From contig JBMORE010000010.1 of the NCBI GenBank assembly GCA_049322255.1, forward strand, positions 1-38,790: a stretch of DNA of 38,790 bases, read 5' to 3'. Position numbers and translations under genes: made by a program. The notes under the pieces are model-generated. The model was given only the letters and a program-made list of their open reading frames with translations, did no database searches and was not told where the DNA came from. Origin of the DNA: Myxococcota bacterium (GTDB lineage: Bacteria; Myxococcota; Myxococcia; Myxococcales; Myxococcaceae). Of this stretch, positions 20,382 to 29,523 are shown one piece after another; position 1 is the first letter of the stretch, and each line of letters opens with the position of its first letter.

Positions 20382-20600
20382 TTGCCGAAGGACGACGCTA
20401 TTGAAGTCGAGGGGACCGTGATGGAGCCCCTCCCCAACGCGATGTTCCGGGTGGTGCTGGACAATGGCCACAAGGTGCTCGCGCACATCTCCGGGAAGAT
20501 GCGAATGCACTTCATTCGAATTCTCCCCGGCGACAAGGTGAAGGTCGAGCTGTCGCCGTACGACCTTTCTCGGGGCCGCATCACTTACCGCGCCAAGTAG
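20382..20600 (+). CDS. infA: Translation initiation factor IF-1
   Basis: TTG start; [24 protein letters not shown]. Confidence 0.99.
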   Translation: MPKDDAIEVEGTVMEPLPNAMFRVVLDNGHKVLAHISGKMRMHFIRILPGDKVKVELSPYDLSRGRITYRAK

Positions 20601-20642
20601 TCGTCGCTTTCGCGGTCACATTTTTTGGGAAGGTTCGCCGTC

Positions 20643-20759
20643 ATGAAGGTTCGGGCATCGGTCAAGAAGATTTGCGACAAGTGCAAGGTGATTCGCCGGG
20701 CCGGGGTGGTCCGGGTGATTTGCTCGGCCAACCCCCGTCACAAGCAGCGCCAGGGCTAG
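20643..20759 (+). CDS. rpmJ: 50S ribosomal protein L36
   Basis: Below the ORF-track cutoff; read directly as [38 protein letters not shown]. Confidence 0.99.
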   Translation: MKVRASVKKICDKCKVIRRAGVVRVICSANPRHKQRQG

Positions 20760-20793
20760 CTTCCTGGGCATCTAGAAGAGAGGCAACGAAGAC

Positions 20794-21183
20794 ATGGCAC
20801 GCATCGCCGGGGTGGACCTTCCCCCCGCCAAACGGGTGGTGGTTTCCCTCCAGTACATTTACGGCATCGGCAAGAAGTCGGCCCACGACATCTGCGAGAA
20901 GGCGGGCATCGAGCTTGCTACCCGCACCAAGGACCTCACCGAGGACCAGACCCGCAAGATCCGCGAGCTCATCGAGGGCGGCTACAAGGTCGAAGGTGAC
21001 CTCCGCCGTGAAGTGACGATGAACATCAAGCGGCTGATGGACCTGGGTTGCTACCGCGGCCTGCGTCACCGCAAGGGGTTGCCGGTGCGTGGCCAGCGTA
21101 CCCACACCAATTCGCGCACCCGCAAGGGCCCCAAGCGGGGCATTGTCCGCGCCAAGCCCGTGGCGGCTCCCGCCGCCCGTTGA
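20794..21183 (+). CDS. rpsM: 30S ribosomal protein S13
   Basis: [27 protein letters not shown]. Confidence 0.99.
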   Translation: MARIAGVDLPPAKRVVVSLQYIYGIGKKSAHDICEKAGIELATRTKDLTEDQTRKIRELIEGGYKVEGDLRREVTMNIKRLMDLGCYRGLRHRKGLPVRGQRTHTNSRTRKGPKRGIVRAKPVAAPAAR

Positions 21184-21242
21184 TTTTCACTGGCCCCGCT
21201 CAAGCAGCACGGGGTTCGACCACCTAGGAGAGAAGACGTCCG

Positions 21243-21674
21243 ATGGCTGAAGAGACCAAACAAGAAGCGGAGGCCCCCGAGGCCTCGACGGCCGAGCCGA
21301 AGAAGGGCCGGCGCAAGACCAAGAAGAACATTCTGAATGGGGTGGTGCACATTCAGTCGACGTTCAACAACACCATCATCACCATCACCGACGTCTCGGG
21401 GAACGTGGTTTCCTGGTCCTCGGCCGGGGCGCGTGGGTTCAAGGGCAGCCGTAAGTCCACCCCGTTCGCCGCTCAGGTCGCCGCCGGCGACGCGGCCGCC
21501 AAGGCGATGGAGCACGGCCTGAAGAACGTGTCGATTCTGGTCAAGGGACCAGGCGCGGGCCGCGAGTCGGCGCTGCGGGCGATCGCCTCCGCCGGGCTCA
21601 AGATTTCCACCATCCGTGACGTCACCCCCATTCCCCACAACGGCTGCCGCCAGCCCAAACGCCGGCGCGTCTAG
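21243..21674 (+). CDS. rpsK: 30S ribosomal protein S11
   Basis: [26 protein letters not shown]. Confidence 0.99.
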   Translation: MAEETKQEAEAPEASTAEPKKGRRKTKKNILNGVVHIQSTFNNTIITITDVSGNVVSWSSAGARGFKGSRKSTPFAAQVAAGDAAAKAMEHGLKNVSILVKGPGAGRESALRAIASAGLKISTIRDVTPIPHNGCRQPKRRRV

Positions 21675-21704
21675 CCAAGACCACCTTCGAAGGAGAGCAA
21701 TTCC

Positions 21705-22331
21705 GTGGCCCGTTACACTGCCAGCGTCTGCCGTATTTGCCGGCGCGAGAACCTCAAGATGTACCTCAAGGGAGATCGCTGCTACACCGACAAGTGCGCC
21801 ATCGAGCGTCGTCCCTATCCTCCTGGTCAGCACGGTCAGGGCCGGGTGAAGTTCTCCGGCTACGGCGTGCAGCTGCGCGAGAAACAGAAGGTCAAGCGCA
21901 TGTACGGGCTACTCGAGAGCCAGTTCCGCGGTTACTTTCACCGCGCGTCCGCGGCGAAGGGCAAGACCGGCGAGACGCTGCTGCAGCTGCTCGAGCTGAG
22001 GCTCGACAACGTGGTCTTCCGTATGGGCTTTGCCGACACTCGCGCCGAGGCGCGGCAGCTGGTGCGCCACGGACACTTCACCGTCAACGGCAAGCGGGTG
22101 AACATTCCCTCGTTCGCGGTGCGCCCGGGCTCGAGCATCGAGGTCGCGGACAAGAGCAAGAAGATGCTGCGCATCGCCGAGGCATTGGAAACGGTCGATC
22201 GGCGCGGCGTCCCCCAGTGGATTGAGATCGACAAGAAGGCGCTCAAGGGCTCGGTGAAGTCGGTCCCCAACCGGGAGGACCTGACCATGCCGATCCAGGA
22301 GCAGCTGATCGTCGAGCTTTACTCGAAGTAG
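21705..22331 (+). CDS. rpsD: 30S ribosomal protein S4 (Zn-ribbon form)
   Basis: CRICRRE...C...[23 protein letters not shown]. Confidence 0.99.
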   Translation: MARYTASVCRICRRENLKMYLKGDRCYTDKCAIERRPYPPGQHGQGRVKFSGYGVQLREKQKVKRMYGLLESQFRGYFHRASAAKGKTGETLLQLLELRLDNVVFRMGFADTRAEARQLVRHGHFTVNGKRVNIPSFAVRPGSSIEVADKSKKMLRIAEALETVDRRGVPQWIEIDKKALKGSVKSVPNREDLTMPIQEQLIVELYSK

Positions 22332-22420
22332 TCGTAACCCCAAAGCACCCTCGTGCGGCCGTCCTCCTGCCCTCTTGGCGGGTATGTCGGTGGCGGTCGC
22401 CGGTTTGGAGAAGCAAACAC

Positions 22421-23458
22421 ATGGCAGACACCTTCGTGGCGAAGAACTGGCGCGACCTCATCAAGCCCCGCCGGCTGGATGTGGATCAGGAGTCCCTCAC
22501 CAACACCTACGGCAAGTTCGTGGCCGAGCCGCTGGAGCGCGGCTTTGGGACCACCCTGGGCAACTCGCTGCGGCGGGTGCTGCTCTCCTCCTTGCAGGGC
22601 TCGGCGATCACCGGCATCAAGATTGAAGGGGTGGAGCACGAGTTCTCCACCATCCCCGAGGTGAGCGAGGACGTCACCGACATCGTCTTGAACCTCAAGG
22701 AAGTGCTGTTGCGCATGCACACCAACGAGGTGAAGACGCTGCGCATCGAGGCCGAAGGTCCCAAGGAGGTCAAGGCGGGCGACATCATCGCCGACCCGGA
22801 CGTGGAGATTCTCAACCCCGGTCACCACATCTGCACCATTTCCGAGGGCGGCAAGCTGCGCATGGAGATGAGCTGCCGCCGTGGCCGCGGCTACCTGCCC
22901 GCGGTGGGGAACAAGATTGCCGGTGCGCCGATCGGCACCATTCCCGTCGACTCGCTCTTCTCGCCGGTGCGCAAGGTGAACTACCAGGTCACCAACGCCC
23001 GCGTCGGCCAGGTCACCGACTTCGACAAGCTGGCGCTCGAGGTGTGGACCGACGGCTCGGTCTCTCCGCAAGACGCGGTGGCCTTCGCGGCGAAGATCAT
23101 CAAGGAGCAGCTCACGGTCTTCATCAACTTCGATGAGACCGAGGAGCCGATGGTGGTGGAGGCTCCCAAGGAGGAGGCCAAGCTCAACGAGAACCTCTTC
23201 CGCTCGGTCGACGAGTTGGAGCTCTCGGTGCGCTCCGCCAATTGCTTGCAGCAGGCGAACATCAAGACCATCGGCGACTTGGTGCAGAAGACCGAGCCGG
23301 AGATGCTGAAGACCAAGAACTTCGGGCGCAAGTCGCTCAAGGAGATCAAGGAGATTCTCGCGGAGATGGGGCTCTCTTTGGGGATGAAGCTGGAGAACTG
23401 GCCGCCCAAGACGGCGGTCCCGCCCGCGGCAGGCACCCCCGGCGCACCCAAGGTCTAA
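22421..23458 (+). CDS. rpoA: RNA polymerase alpha subunit
   Basis: [38 protein letters not shown]. Confidence 0.99.
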   Translation: MADTFVAKNWRDLIKPRRLDVDQESLTNTYGKFVAEPLERGFGTTLGNSLRRVLLSSLQGSAITGIKIEGVEHEFSTIPEVSEDVTDIVLNLKEVLLRMHTNEVKTLRIEAEGPKEVKAGDIIADPDVEILNPGHHICTISEGGKLRMEMSCRRGRGYLPAVGNKIAGAPIGTIPVDSLFSPVRKVNYQVTNARVGQVTDFDKLALEVWTDGSVSPQDAVAFAAKIIKEQLTVFINFDETEEPMVVEAPKEEAKLNENLFRSVDELELSVRSANCLQQANIKTIGDLVQKTEPEMLKTKNFGRKSLKEIKEILAEMGLSLGMKLENWPPKTAVPPAAGTPGAPKV

Positions 23459-23499
23459 CGGCGACGGGCGCCCGCTAAAGGTCGAAGAGGAAGGACGTC

Positions 23500-23907
23500 A
23501 TGAGGCACCACGTAGGACAGAAGAAGCTGCAGCGCTCGACCTCGCACCGGTTGGCGATGCTCAGGAACATGGTCACCTCCTTGCTCGAGCACGAGCGGGT
23601 CAAGACCACGGTGCCCAAGGCGAAGGCGGCGCGCCCGGTAGCCGAGCGCATCATCACCTTGGGCAAGCGCGGAGGGCTGGCCAACCAGCGCCTCGCCGAG
23701 CGGACGGTGAAGAACAAGGACGTCCTGACCAAGGTTTTCTCCGAGCTCAAAGACCGCTACGCCAACCGCTCCGGCGGTTACACCCGCATCGTGCGTTTGG
23801 GTTTCCGCCCCGGCGATGCGGCGGAGATGGCGCTGCTCGAGCTGGTCGATCGCCCCGAGGTGAGCGAGCCCGAGGAGAAGGCGGCCAAGGCGAAGAGGGC
23901 GGAGTAG
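23500..23907 (+). CDS. rplQ: 50S ribosomal protein L17
   Basis: [30 protein letters not shown]. Confidence 0.99.
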   Translation: MRHHVGQKKLQRSTSHRLAMLRNMVTSLLEHERVKTTVPKAKAARPVAERIITLGKRGGLANQRLAERTVKNKDVLTKVFSELKDRYANRSGGYTRIVRLGFRPGDAAEMALLELVDRPEVSEPEEKAAKAKRAE

Positions 23908-23929
23908 CGAACGGGCAACCACTGAGAAG

Positions 23930-24073
23930 CCGGGAGCGGGAGCGGGAGCGTTTGCGGGCATCGGGGACGTATCCGGCCCACGGCGGCGGGTCACGTACCC
24001 GGTTCCCCGTGAGACGAGCCCGATTGCCCGACCCCGTCCCCGCAAACGCTCCCGCTCCCGCTCCCGCTCCCGG
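23930..24073. repeat. 144-bp palindromic element with hexamer-repeat arms between convergent genes
   Basis: Left arm CC(GGGAGC)3GTTTGCGGG at 23930-58; right arm CCCGCAAAC(GCTCCC)4GG at 24039-73. The interior also pairs imperfectly. Confidence 0.9.
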
Positions 24074-24082
24074 TCGTTTTGT

Positions 24083-24637
24083 CTACCGGGTCGGCTCCCC
24101 ATCCTCCATCAGCGTCATTCGCCCATCCGCCGTCTCCAGCACCAGATTTCTCACCACCAGACTGGATGGAGCCTGCGTCCCCGTCGAGTCGACGAGGATT
24201 TTGGGCGAGAGGGTGAGCCCGTCATTGGCATCGAGCTGAGAAACCGCGGCACGGTAAGTGCCGTTGACGACCACCACTACGTCGACCCAGGGCGTCAGCC
24301 CGTCGTTCTTCACCATCCACACGGTGGGGGAGGTGTTGGGTACCGCCACCAGGGTCGCGCCTTCGGCGGAGTCTCCCCCCGGACAGGCGACCCCGATGCT
24401 CAAGGTCGACAAGAGCACCCACCCGGCGATGATGCCCGCCTTGTACTTGAAGTAGCGGTCGGCGCGGCGGAAGTCCTCCCAGGTATCGCGGAGAATGGAG
24501 AGCGCGTTGAGCGCGGTGTCGGCTGCGCCTTCCTTGAGACGCTCCTTGGTGAGGGAGGATTGGGCGGGCGGCAGCGGGCTTGACCGCGCAGCGCTCAACG
24601 CCTTGAGGGCTCCCGGGTTGGAGTTCGTTCTCCCCAT
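24083..24637 (-). CDS. Hypothetical single-pass membrane protein
   Basis: Probable ATG 24637; one hydrophobic segment (AGIIAGWVLLSTLSIGVAC) followed by a beta-rich domain. Confidence 0.7.
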   Translation of the reverse strand: MGRTNSNPGALKALSAARSSPLPPAQSSLTKERLKEGAADTALNALSILRDTWEDFRRADRYFKYKAGIIAGWVLLSTLSIGVACPGGDSAEGATLVAVPNTSPTVWMVKNDGLTPWVDVVVVVNGTYRAAVSQLDANDGLTLSPKILVDSTGTQAPSSLVVRNLVLETADGRMTLMEDGEPTR

Positions 24638-24675
24638 GGAGGCTTTGGAGTCTACGTTCAACCGCCCCTTCAGAG

Positions 24676-26010
24676 CTACCGCGCCTTCACCGACTCCAAG
24701 GCCCGGGAGGCGAGCGCGTTCTCCGGTTGAACCGCGAGGACCTCCTCCAGCCACCGGGCGGCCTCTTCCGCGGCCTGCCTTCGTTCGGCGGGGAGGGCGC
24801 TCTTTTTGTACCGCTCGGTGTGCAAAACCCCCAGGCGCAGCTTGAACTCCACCGCCTCCGGGGCCTGGGCCAGCACTGCCTTGAGCGTGTGATCGGCAGC
24901 TGGCCAGTTGCCTTGGAGCTGGTACACCAAGGCGAGCTTCCCCTTGGGAGGAATGCCCTGGGGCTCGAGGAAGGTGGCCGCGCGAAAGTGGCGCTCGGCT
25001 GCTTCCAGATCTCCTTTGTCCAACGCCAGGTCACCCAGCTGGAAGTGGGCGTCGCCGAGGGTGGGGTCGTGGGCGAGGGCGGCGGCGAAGTGCTCGGCGG
25101 CGGGCTTGGGCTGCTGGCGCGAAAGGTAGAGCTGCGCCAAGTAGAGGTGGTTCTTGCCATCGAGAGGAGCAAGCTCGATGGCACGCCGAAGCTCGTAGGC
25201 AGCGCGCCCAGCGTCGTCGAGGCGTTGGTACGCAAGCCCCAGGAGCGCGTGCACCACCGCGAGGTCGGGGTATTCGAGGGCAATCTCCTCGAAGGTGACG
25301 ATGGCCTGTTGAGGCAGATCGCGCTCGTGCAAGTCTTCGAGGCCGGCCTCCAGCCGCTGGCGCACGGCGGCGGGGACGGCGGCAAACGGGTCGGCGATGT
25401 TTTGCATCAGCGCCACCGAGAGCTGGACCTCGGCGGGGCTGGGCGTGCCCGACAGCGCGACCCGCACCGCTTCGATCGCCCCCTTCACGTCGCCGGTGCG
25501 GTGGAGCGCCTTGGCCAGCGGGAGCGCATAGGCGGTGCGCTCGGGAGCCAGCTTCCGCGCGCGGCGAAGAGGAGCCAAGGCGGGTTGATAGCGTTCGCAC
25601 TCGACGAGGGCGACCCCGAGCCGGTAGTGCAGCTCGGCCTCGTTGGGGGCGAGGGCGATCGCCGCCTGAAAAGACTCCAGCGCCGGGCCCGAGGCGTCGG
25701 CGGCCCGGGAGAAGTAGGCGAGAGCGCGCATGTAGTGCGCCACGGCGGTGTGGGGCGGCGGGGTGAGCCGGTCGATGAGCGCCTGGGCCCGGTGATCTTT
25801 CACGTACGCCTCGGCGAGCGCGCGGGCGAGGTCAAGGTCGTCCGGCTTTTGGGCGTGCAGCGCTTCGAGCAGGGGGATGGCCTTCGCCGGCTCATTCCGC
25901 TGAAGGTAGACCTGCGCCTGCTCGCGCGAGGTGAGCGGAGCGTCGCGCACAGGATCGTGGCGGCACCCGGAAAGGAGCAAGGTGACTAGGAGGGCGCGCG
26001 GTGCGCTCAT
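24676..26010 (-). CDS. TPR-repeat lipoprotein
   Basis: Lipobox LLLSGC; repeated TPR motifs (AIALAPNEAELHYRLG, AIELAPLDGKNHLYLA). Confidence 0.88.
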   Translation of the reverse strand: MSAPRALLVTLLLSGCRHDPVRDAPLTSREQAQVYLQRNEPAKAIPLLEALHAQKPDDLDLARALAEAYVKDHRAQALIDRLTPPPHTAVAHYMRALAYFSRAADASGPALESFQAAIALAPNEAELHYRLGVALVECERYQPALAPLRRARKLAPERTAYALPLAKALHRTGDVKGAIEAVRVALSGTPSPAEVQLSVALMQNIADPFAAVPAAVRQRLEAGLEDLHERDLPQQAIVTFEEIALEYPDLAVVHALLGLAYQRLDDAGRAAYELRRAIELAPLDGKNHLYLAQLYLSRQQPKPAAEHFAAALAHDPTLGDAHFQLGDLALDKGDLEAAERHFRAATFLEPQGIPPKGKLALVYQLQGNWPAADHTLKAVLAQAPEAVEFKLRLGVLHTERYKKSALPAERRQAAEEAARWLEEVLAVQPENALASRALESVKAR

Positions 26011-26795
26011 GCGGGGCTTCCTTGGGCAGCGCCGATTCCTTCCAGACCGCGCGCGGCAATCGCGTCGGTCTTGTCTCCGCCCTCGCCGCCCAGCTGTACG
26101 CTCTGGTCGATGATCTGGTCTCTGACTCGCCTCACCAACTCGTCACGCTGGTCCTCGCCGAAAGCGGTGACGTCGATGGGCGCGCCGATCATCACTTTGA
26201 TCTCCCCCGGGGTGATGGTCCACCGGTTCTTGGGCATCAGCCGCCCCGAGCCCTCGATGGTCACCGGGCAAATGGGCACCCGGGCCTTGAGCGCCAGGGC
26301 GAAGGGGCCCTTCTTGAAGGGCAGCACGCGGCCGTCGGGAGAGCGGGTGCCTTCGGGGTAGACGATGATGCTCAACCCTTGGCGGACTTGCCGGCCCGCA
26401 TCTTCGAGCGAGGCGATCGCCGAGAGGTGGTTTTTCCGGTCGATGAAGACGTGCTTGGCGATCCACAGGTACCAGCCGAGCACCGGCACCCAGCGTAGCT
26501 GCTTTTTGGCCACGAAGCGCAGGTTGGTCGGCAGAGCGACGAAGAGCGCGGGGATGTCGATGGTCGATTGGTGGTTGGAGACGTAGAGGGTCGGTCGCCG
26601 GGGGTCGACGTGCTCGCGGCCGATCACCGTGAGGCGGGCTCCACCGGCCCACAAGAGCACCGGCGCCCACAGCTTCCTTGCCACCCAGATCGACGAATCG
26701 GTGCTCCAGGTGAAGAGCATCAACAGGAGGGTAAAGGGAAAGAGGAGGCAGATCCACGCGCCGGCGACGAAGATGCAGAAGAGGTTTCGCAGCAT
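26007..26795 (-). CDS. plsC: 1-acyl-sn-glycerol-3-phosphate acyltransferase (PlsC family)
   Basis: NHQSTID (HX4D), FVAKKQL, FIDR, YPEGTRS, PFKKG. Confidence 0.93.
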   Translation of the reverse strand: MLRNLFCIFVAGAWICLLFPFTLLLMLFTWSTDSSIWVARKLWAPVLLWAGGARLTVIGREHVDPRRPTLYVSNHQSTIDIPALFVALPTNLRFVAKKQLRWVPVLGWYLWIAKHVFIDRKNHLSAIASLEDAGRQVRQGLSIIVYPEGTRSPDGRVLPFKKGPFALALKARVPICPVTIEGSGRLMPKNRWTITPGEIKVMIGAPIDVTAFGEDQRDELVRRVRDQIIDQSVQLGGEGGDKTDAIAARGLEGIGAAQGSPA

Positions 26796-26802
26796 CGATG
26801 CC

Positions 26803-27582
26803 TCAAGGATCTTGGAGCTCTCGAAGGAAGTCGGGGTCGTCCTTCATGAAGAGGAACGCGGGGTCTTTGAGGATGTCGTCGGGGCTCCAGGCGCCGGTGA
26901 CCGATCTGGCCCTGGCCTTCGTCTCGCGCAGGTGGAGCACCACGTCCGCCCGCTTTTGCGCCGCCGCCGCTACTCGCGCCTGGCCGTACGGCGCCAGCGG
27001 TGAGTGGGGGTGCGCATTCTCCAGCACCCGGAAGGCCTCGGAAGCTTTGCCCGGCTCGTGGGCGGCGAGGAAGGCACAGCCGCGCGTGTAGAGCACCGAG
27101 GCGTTGTCGGCGTCGACCTTCATCGCCTCGGCCGTATCGGAGATGGCCAGCTCGGCGTCTTTTTCGCCGCCGCGGCGCATGGCCAGGTTCGCGCGCGACA
27201 GCCGCGCATAGACGTTCCCCGGCTGATCGGAGATCACCCGACCCAGGTGCTCGATCGCCTCCTTGAGCTTGCCTTCCTCCGCTTCGACGCGGGCAAGCCC
27301 GATGCGCGCCTCGAGGGCGGCGGCTGGCTCGAGCCCGAGCGCCTCTTGGTACGCCGTGCGCGCCTCGGCAAAGCGCCCCTGGTCGAAGAGCACGTGGCCC
27401 AAGAGCTCGCGGGGACGAGCTTTGCGCGGAGCCGCCTTGGCCGCGGCCCGGTAGGCTTCGATCGCCTCCGTGAGCTTGCCGCGTGAAGCGAGCACGTTGC
27501 CGCGGGCGACCTCTGTTTGCCCGGGCTCCGAGCACGCGAGCAGGGCGAGGAGAGGAAGGACCAGGCAGAGGGCGGTTCTCAT
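26803..27582 (-). CDS. TPR-repeat lipoprotein
   Basis: Lipobox LLAC; TPR helices throughout. Confidence 0.88.
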   Translation of the reverse strand: MRTALCLVLPLLALLACSEPGQTEVARGNVLASRGKLTEAIEAYRAAAKAAPRKARPRELLGHVLFDQGRFAEARTAYQEALGLEPAAALEARIGLARVEAEEGKLKEAIEHLGRVISDQPGNVYARLSRANLAMRRGGEKDAELAISDTAEAMKVDADNASVLYTRGCAFLAAHEPGKASEAFRVLENAHPHSPLAPYGQARVAAAAQKRADVVLHLRETKARARSVTGAWSPDDILKDPAFLFMKDDPDFLRELQDP

Positions 27583-27638
27583 GGGCCTTTGTCTATTACC
27601 ACGAGAGGGGGCGCCTTCTGATACAAGCGAGCATTGGC

Positions 27639-28253
27639 GTGGCTCCCAACAAGTTCATCGCCATCGCGGGCAACATCGGGGCGGGGAAGACGGAGCTCAC
27701 GTCGTTCCTCTGCAAGAAGTACGGCCTGACACCCTTCTTCGAGCCCAACGACCAGAACCCGTACCTGGAGGACTTCTACCGGGACATGAAGAGCTGGGCC
27801 TTCCGGTCACAAATCTTCTTCCTCACCCATAAATTCCAGCTGCATCGCCGCTTGCAGAGCGGGGGAGTGACCGCGCTCCAGGACCGCACCATCTACGAGG
27901 ACGCCGAGATTTTCGCCAAGAACCTCCACCGCCAGCGCTACATCGACAAGCGCGACTTCCAGACGTATTGGGAGCTGTACGAGTCGATCAGCGAAGCGCT
28001 GCAACCGCCGGACCTCATGATCTACCTGCGCTGCCCGGTGCGCACGCTCAAACAACGCATTCGGCTGCGTGGACGACAGATGGAGCAAGACATCCCCACG
28101 CGGTACCTCTCCCGGCTCAATGTGCTCTACGAGGAGTGGTTCGAGCGCTACCAGCTGTCGCCCGTGTTGGTGCTGGAGACCGACAAGTTGGACTACCTCA
28201 CCGACTTGGTGGATCGCGTAGACCTCTTTCGCCAGATCGAGAAGCACCTGTGA
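27639..28253 (+). CDS. Deoxynucleoside kinase (dNK family)
   Basis: GTG 27639; IAIAGNIGAGKT, NPYLEDFY, DRTIYED, PDLMIYL, RGR.ME. Confidence 0.95.
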   Translation: MAPNKFIAIAGNIGAGKTELTSFLCKKYGLTPFFEPNDQNPYLEDFYRDMKSWAFRSQIFFLTHKFQLHRRLQSGGVTALQDRTIYEDAEIFAKNLHRQRYIDKRDFQTYWELYESISEALQPPDLMIYLRCPVRTLKQRIRLRGRQMEQDIPTRYLSRLNVLYEEWFERYQLSPVLVLETDKLDYLTDLVDRVDLFRQIEKHL

Positions 28254-29425
28254 AGGAGGTCTATGTCCTCGCGACGGAAAGTGCCCAGCCCATCGCGCTG
28301 GCATCGCTGCGCGAGGCCTTCGCCAGCGAGGGTGTCGAGCTCGTCACCGGCGTGCCAGACCTGTTCTTCGCCTTACGCTCGGGAGAGACCAACGTGGAGG
28401 TGCGCTTCGACCCCCGCGAGGCCGGGTTGGGGTGGACGCCCGATCTGCTGACCGGCACCGATGCCAGCCACGCGCTCTTGCGCAAGGCGCGCGGCTTCTA
28501 CCGAATCTCCTTCGAGCCGGGAAAGCCGCAGGCCTCGGTGGCGGTGTTCGAGGCGCTCTGGTGCGCGCGCGCCATTCTCGAGCAGGCCGGCGAGGGGGTG
28601 CTGCTCGACGTCACTGCGTTCAAGTTGCACGACGTCGAGGACGTGGTGGAGATCACCGAGCTCGACTTCGACATTCGCGATCACCTCACCTTGCACGCGG
28701 TGGAGGCCGCCCAGACCGACACCCCGCTGTGGGTGCACTCGCACGGAATGGAGAAGTTCGGCTCGCGCGACGTGGAGGTCTTTCACCTGGGAGAGGAAGA
28801 TCTACAGGCGGCGGAGACCTTCCTCCACGAGCTGTGCACCGACCTCGCCTTCGGTCAAAGCCCGGGGTTGCGCACCCTGGTCGAGACCAGCTCGGGCAAG
28901 TCCTTCATGCTCTTGCCCTCGGAGGAGGCGCGGCTATCGCTCTTCGGAGTGTCGGCGGAGACGTTCGAAGGACACGAGGGGCTGTTCTTCACCGTGGTGA
29001 GCGACGAGGGGCGCCACACCGTGGCCGAGCTGTTGCGCCCCTACCGTGACCGTTTCGAGGAAGAGTCGCCCGAGGAGGCGGAAGAGCTCGCCAGGCGCGC
29101 CGCCGAGCTGCTCCCCGCCTTCAAGGCGCGCTTTCTGCGCAAAGGGTTGATGGAGCCGATCACCTTCTTGGTGCGCGCACCCTTCGAGTCTCACCCCAAA
29201 GGCACCACGGTGGTGGAGAACCTGTGGGTCGAGCTCCTCGCGTGGGACGACGACGAGCTGATCGGCAAGCTCGTCGACGGCGGCGAGCACACCACCGAGT
29301 GGCGCAAAGGGGCACACGTCGAGTTCGACGCCGCCTCGATCAACGCGATCGCCGTTTCGCGCGAGGGGCGCACACTGGAGGAACCAGAGATGCGCGCCCT
29401 GCTCCTCGCCGAGCGCCCCAGTTAA
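28250..29425 (+). CDS. DUF2314/DUF4026-like acidic protein
   Basis: GTG 28250 overlaps the dNK stop; WVHSHGMEKFG and C-terminal ENLWVELLAWDDDELIGKL motifs. Confidence 0.7.
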   Translation: MKEVYVLATESAQPIALASLREAFASEGVELVTGVPDLFFALRSGETNVEVRFDPREAGLGWTPDLLTGTDASHALLRKARGFYRISFEPGKPQASVAVFEALWCARAILEQAGEGVLLDVTAFKLHDVEDVVEITELDFDIRDHLTLHAVEAAQTDTPLWVHSHGMEKFGSRDVEVFHLGEEDLQAAETFLHELCTDLAFGQSPGLRTLVETSSGKSFMLLPSEEARLSLFGVSAETFEGHEGLFFTVVSDEGRHTVAELLRPYRDRFEEESPEEAEELARRAAELLPAFKARFLRKGLMEPITFLVRAPFESHPKGTTVVENLWVELLAWDDDELIGKLVDGGEHTTEWRKGAHVEFDAASINAIAVSREGRTLEEPEMRALLLAERPS

Positions 29426-29426
29426 T

Positions 29427-29460
29427 CCCTCTCCCCATGGGAGAGGGCCAGGGTGAGGGG
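29427..29460 (+). repeat. boxC/REP-like palindromic repeat, copy 1
   Basis: CCCTCTCCC-CAT-GGGAGAGGG-CCAGGGTGAGGGG. Confidence 0.85.
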
Positions 29461-29484
29461 CCTCAGAGCACAGAACCTTTCCCA

Positions 29485-29513
29485 TTACACCCGCAGTCGC
29501 CCGGGCATACACT
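29485..29513 (+). promoter_or_regulatory. Putative promoter of the FHA regulator (near-leaderless)
   Basis: TTACAC, 17 bp, TACACT; ATG 10 nt downstream with no SD. Confidence 0.4.
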
Positions 29514-29523
29514 CGCGCGCCTC

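Noticed and set aside
23455..24102. ORF with an ERERERER run
   Set aside because: Translation of the hexamer palindrome plus antisense rplQ.
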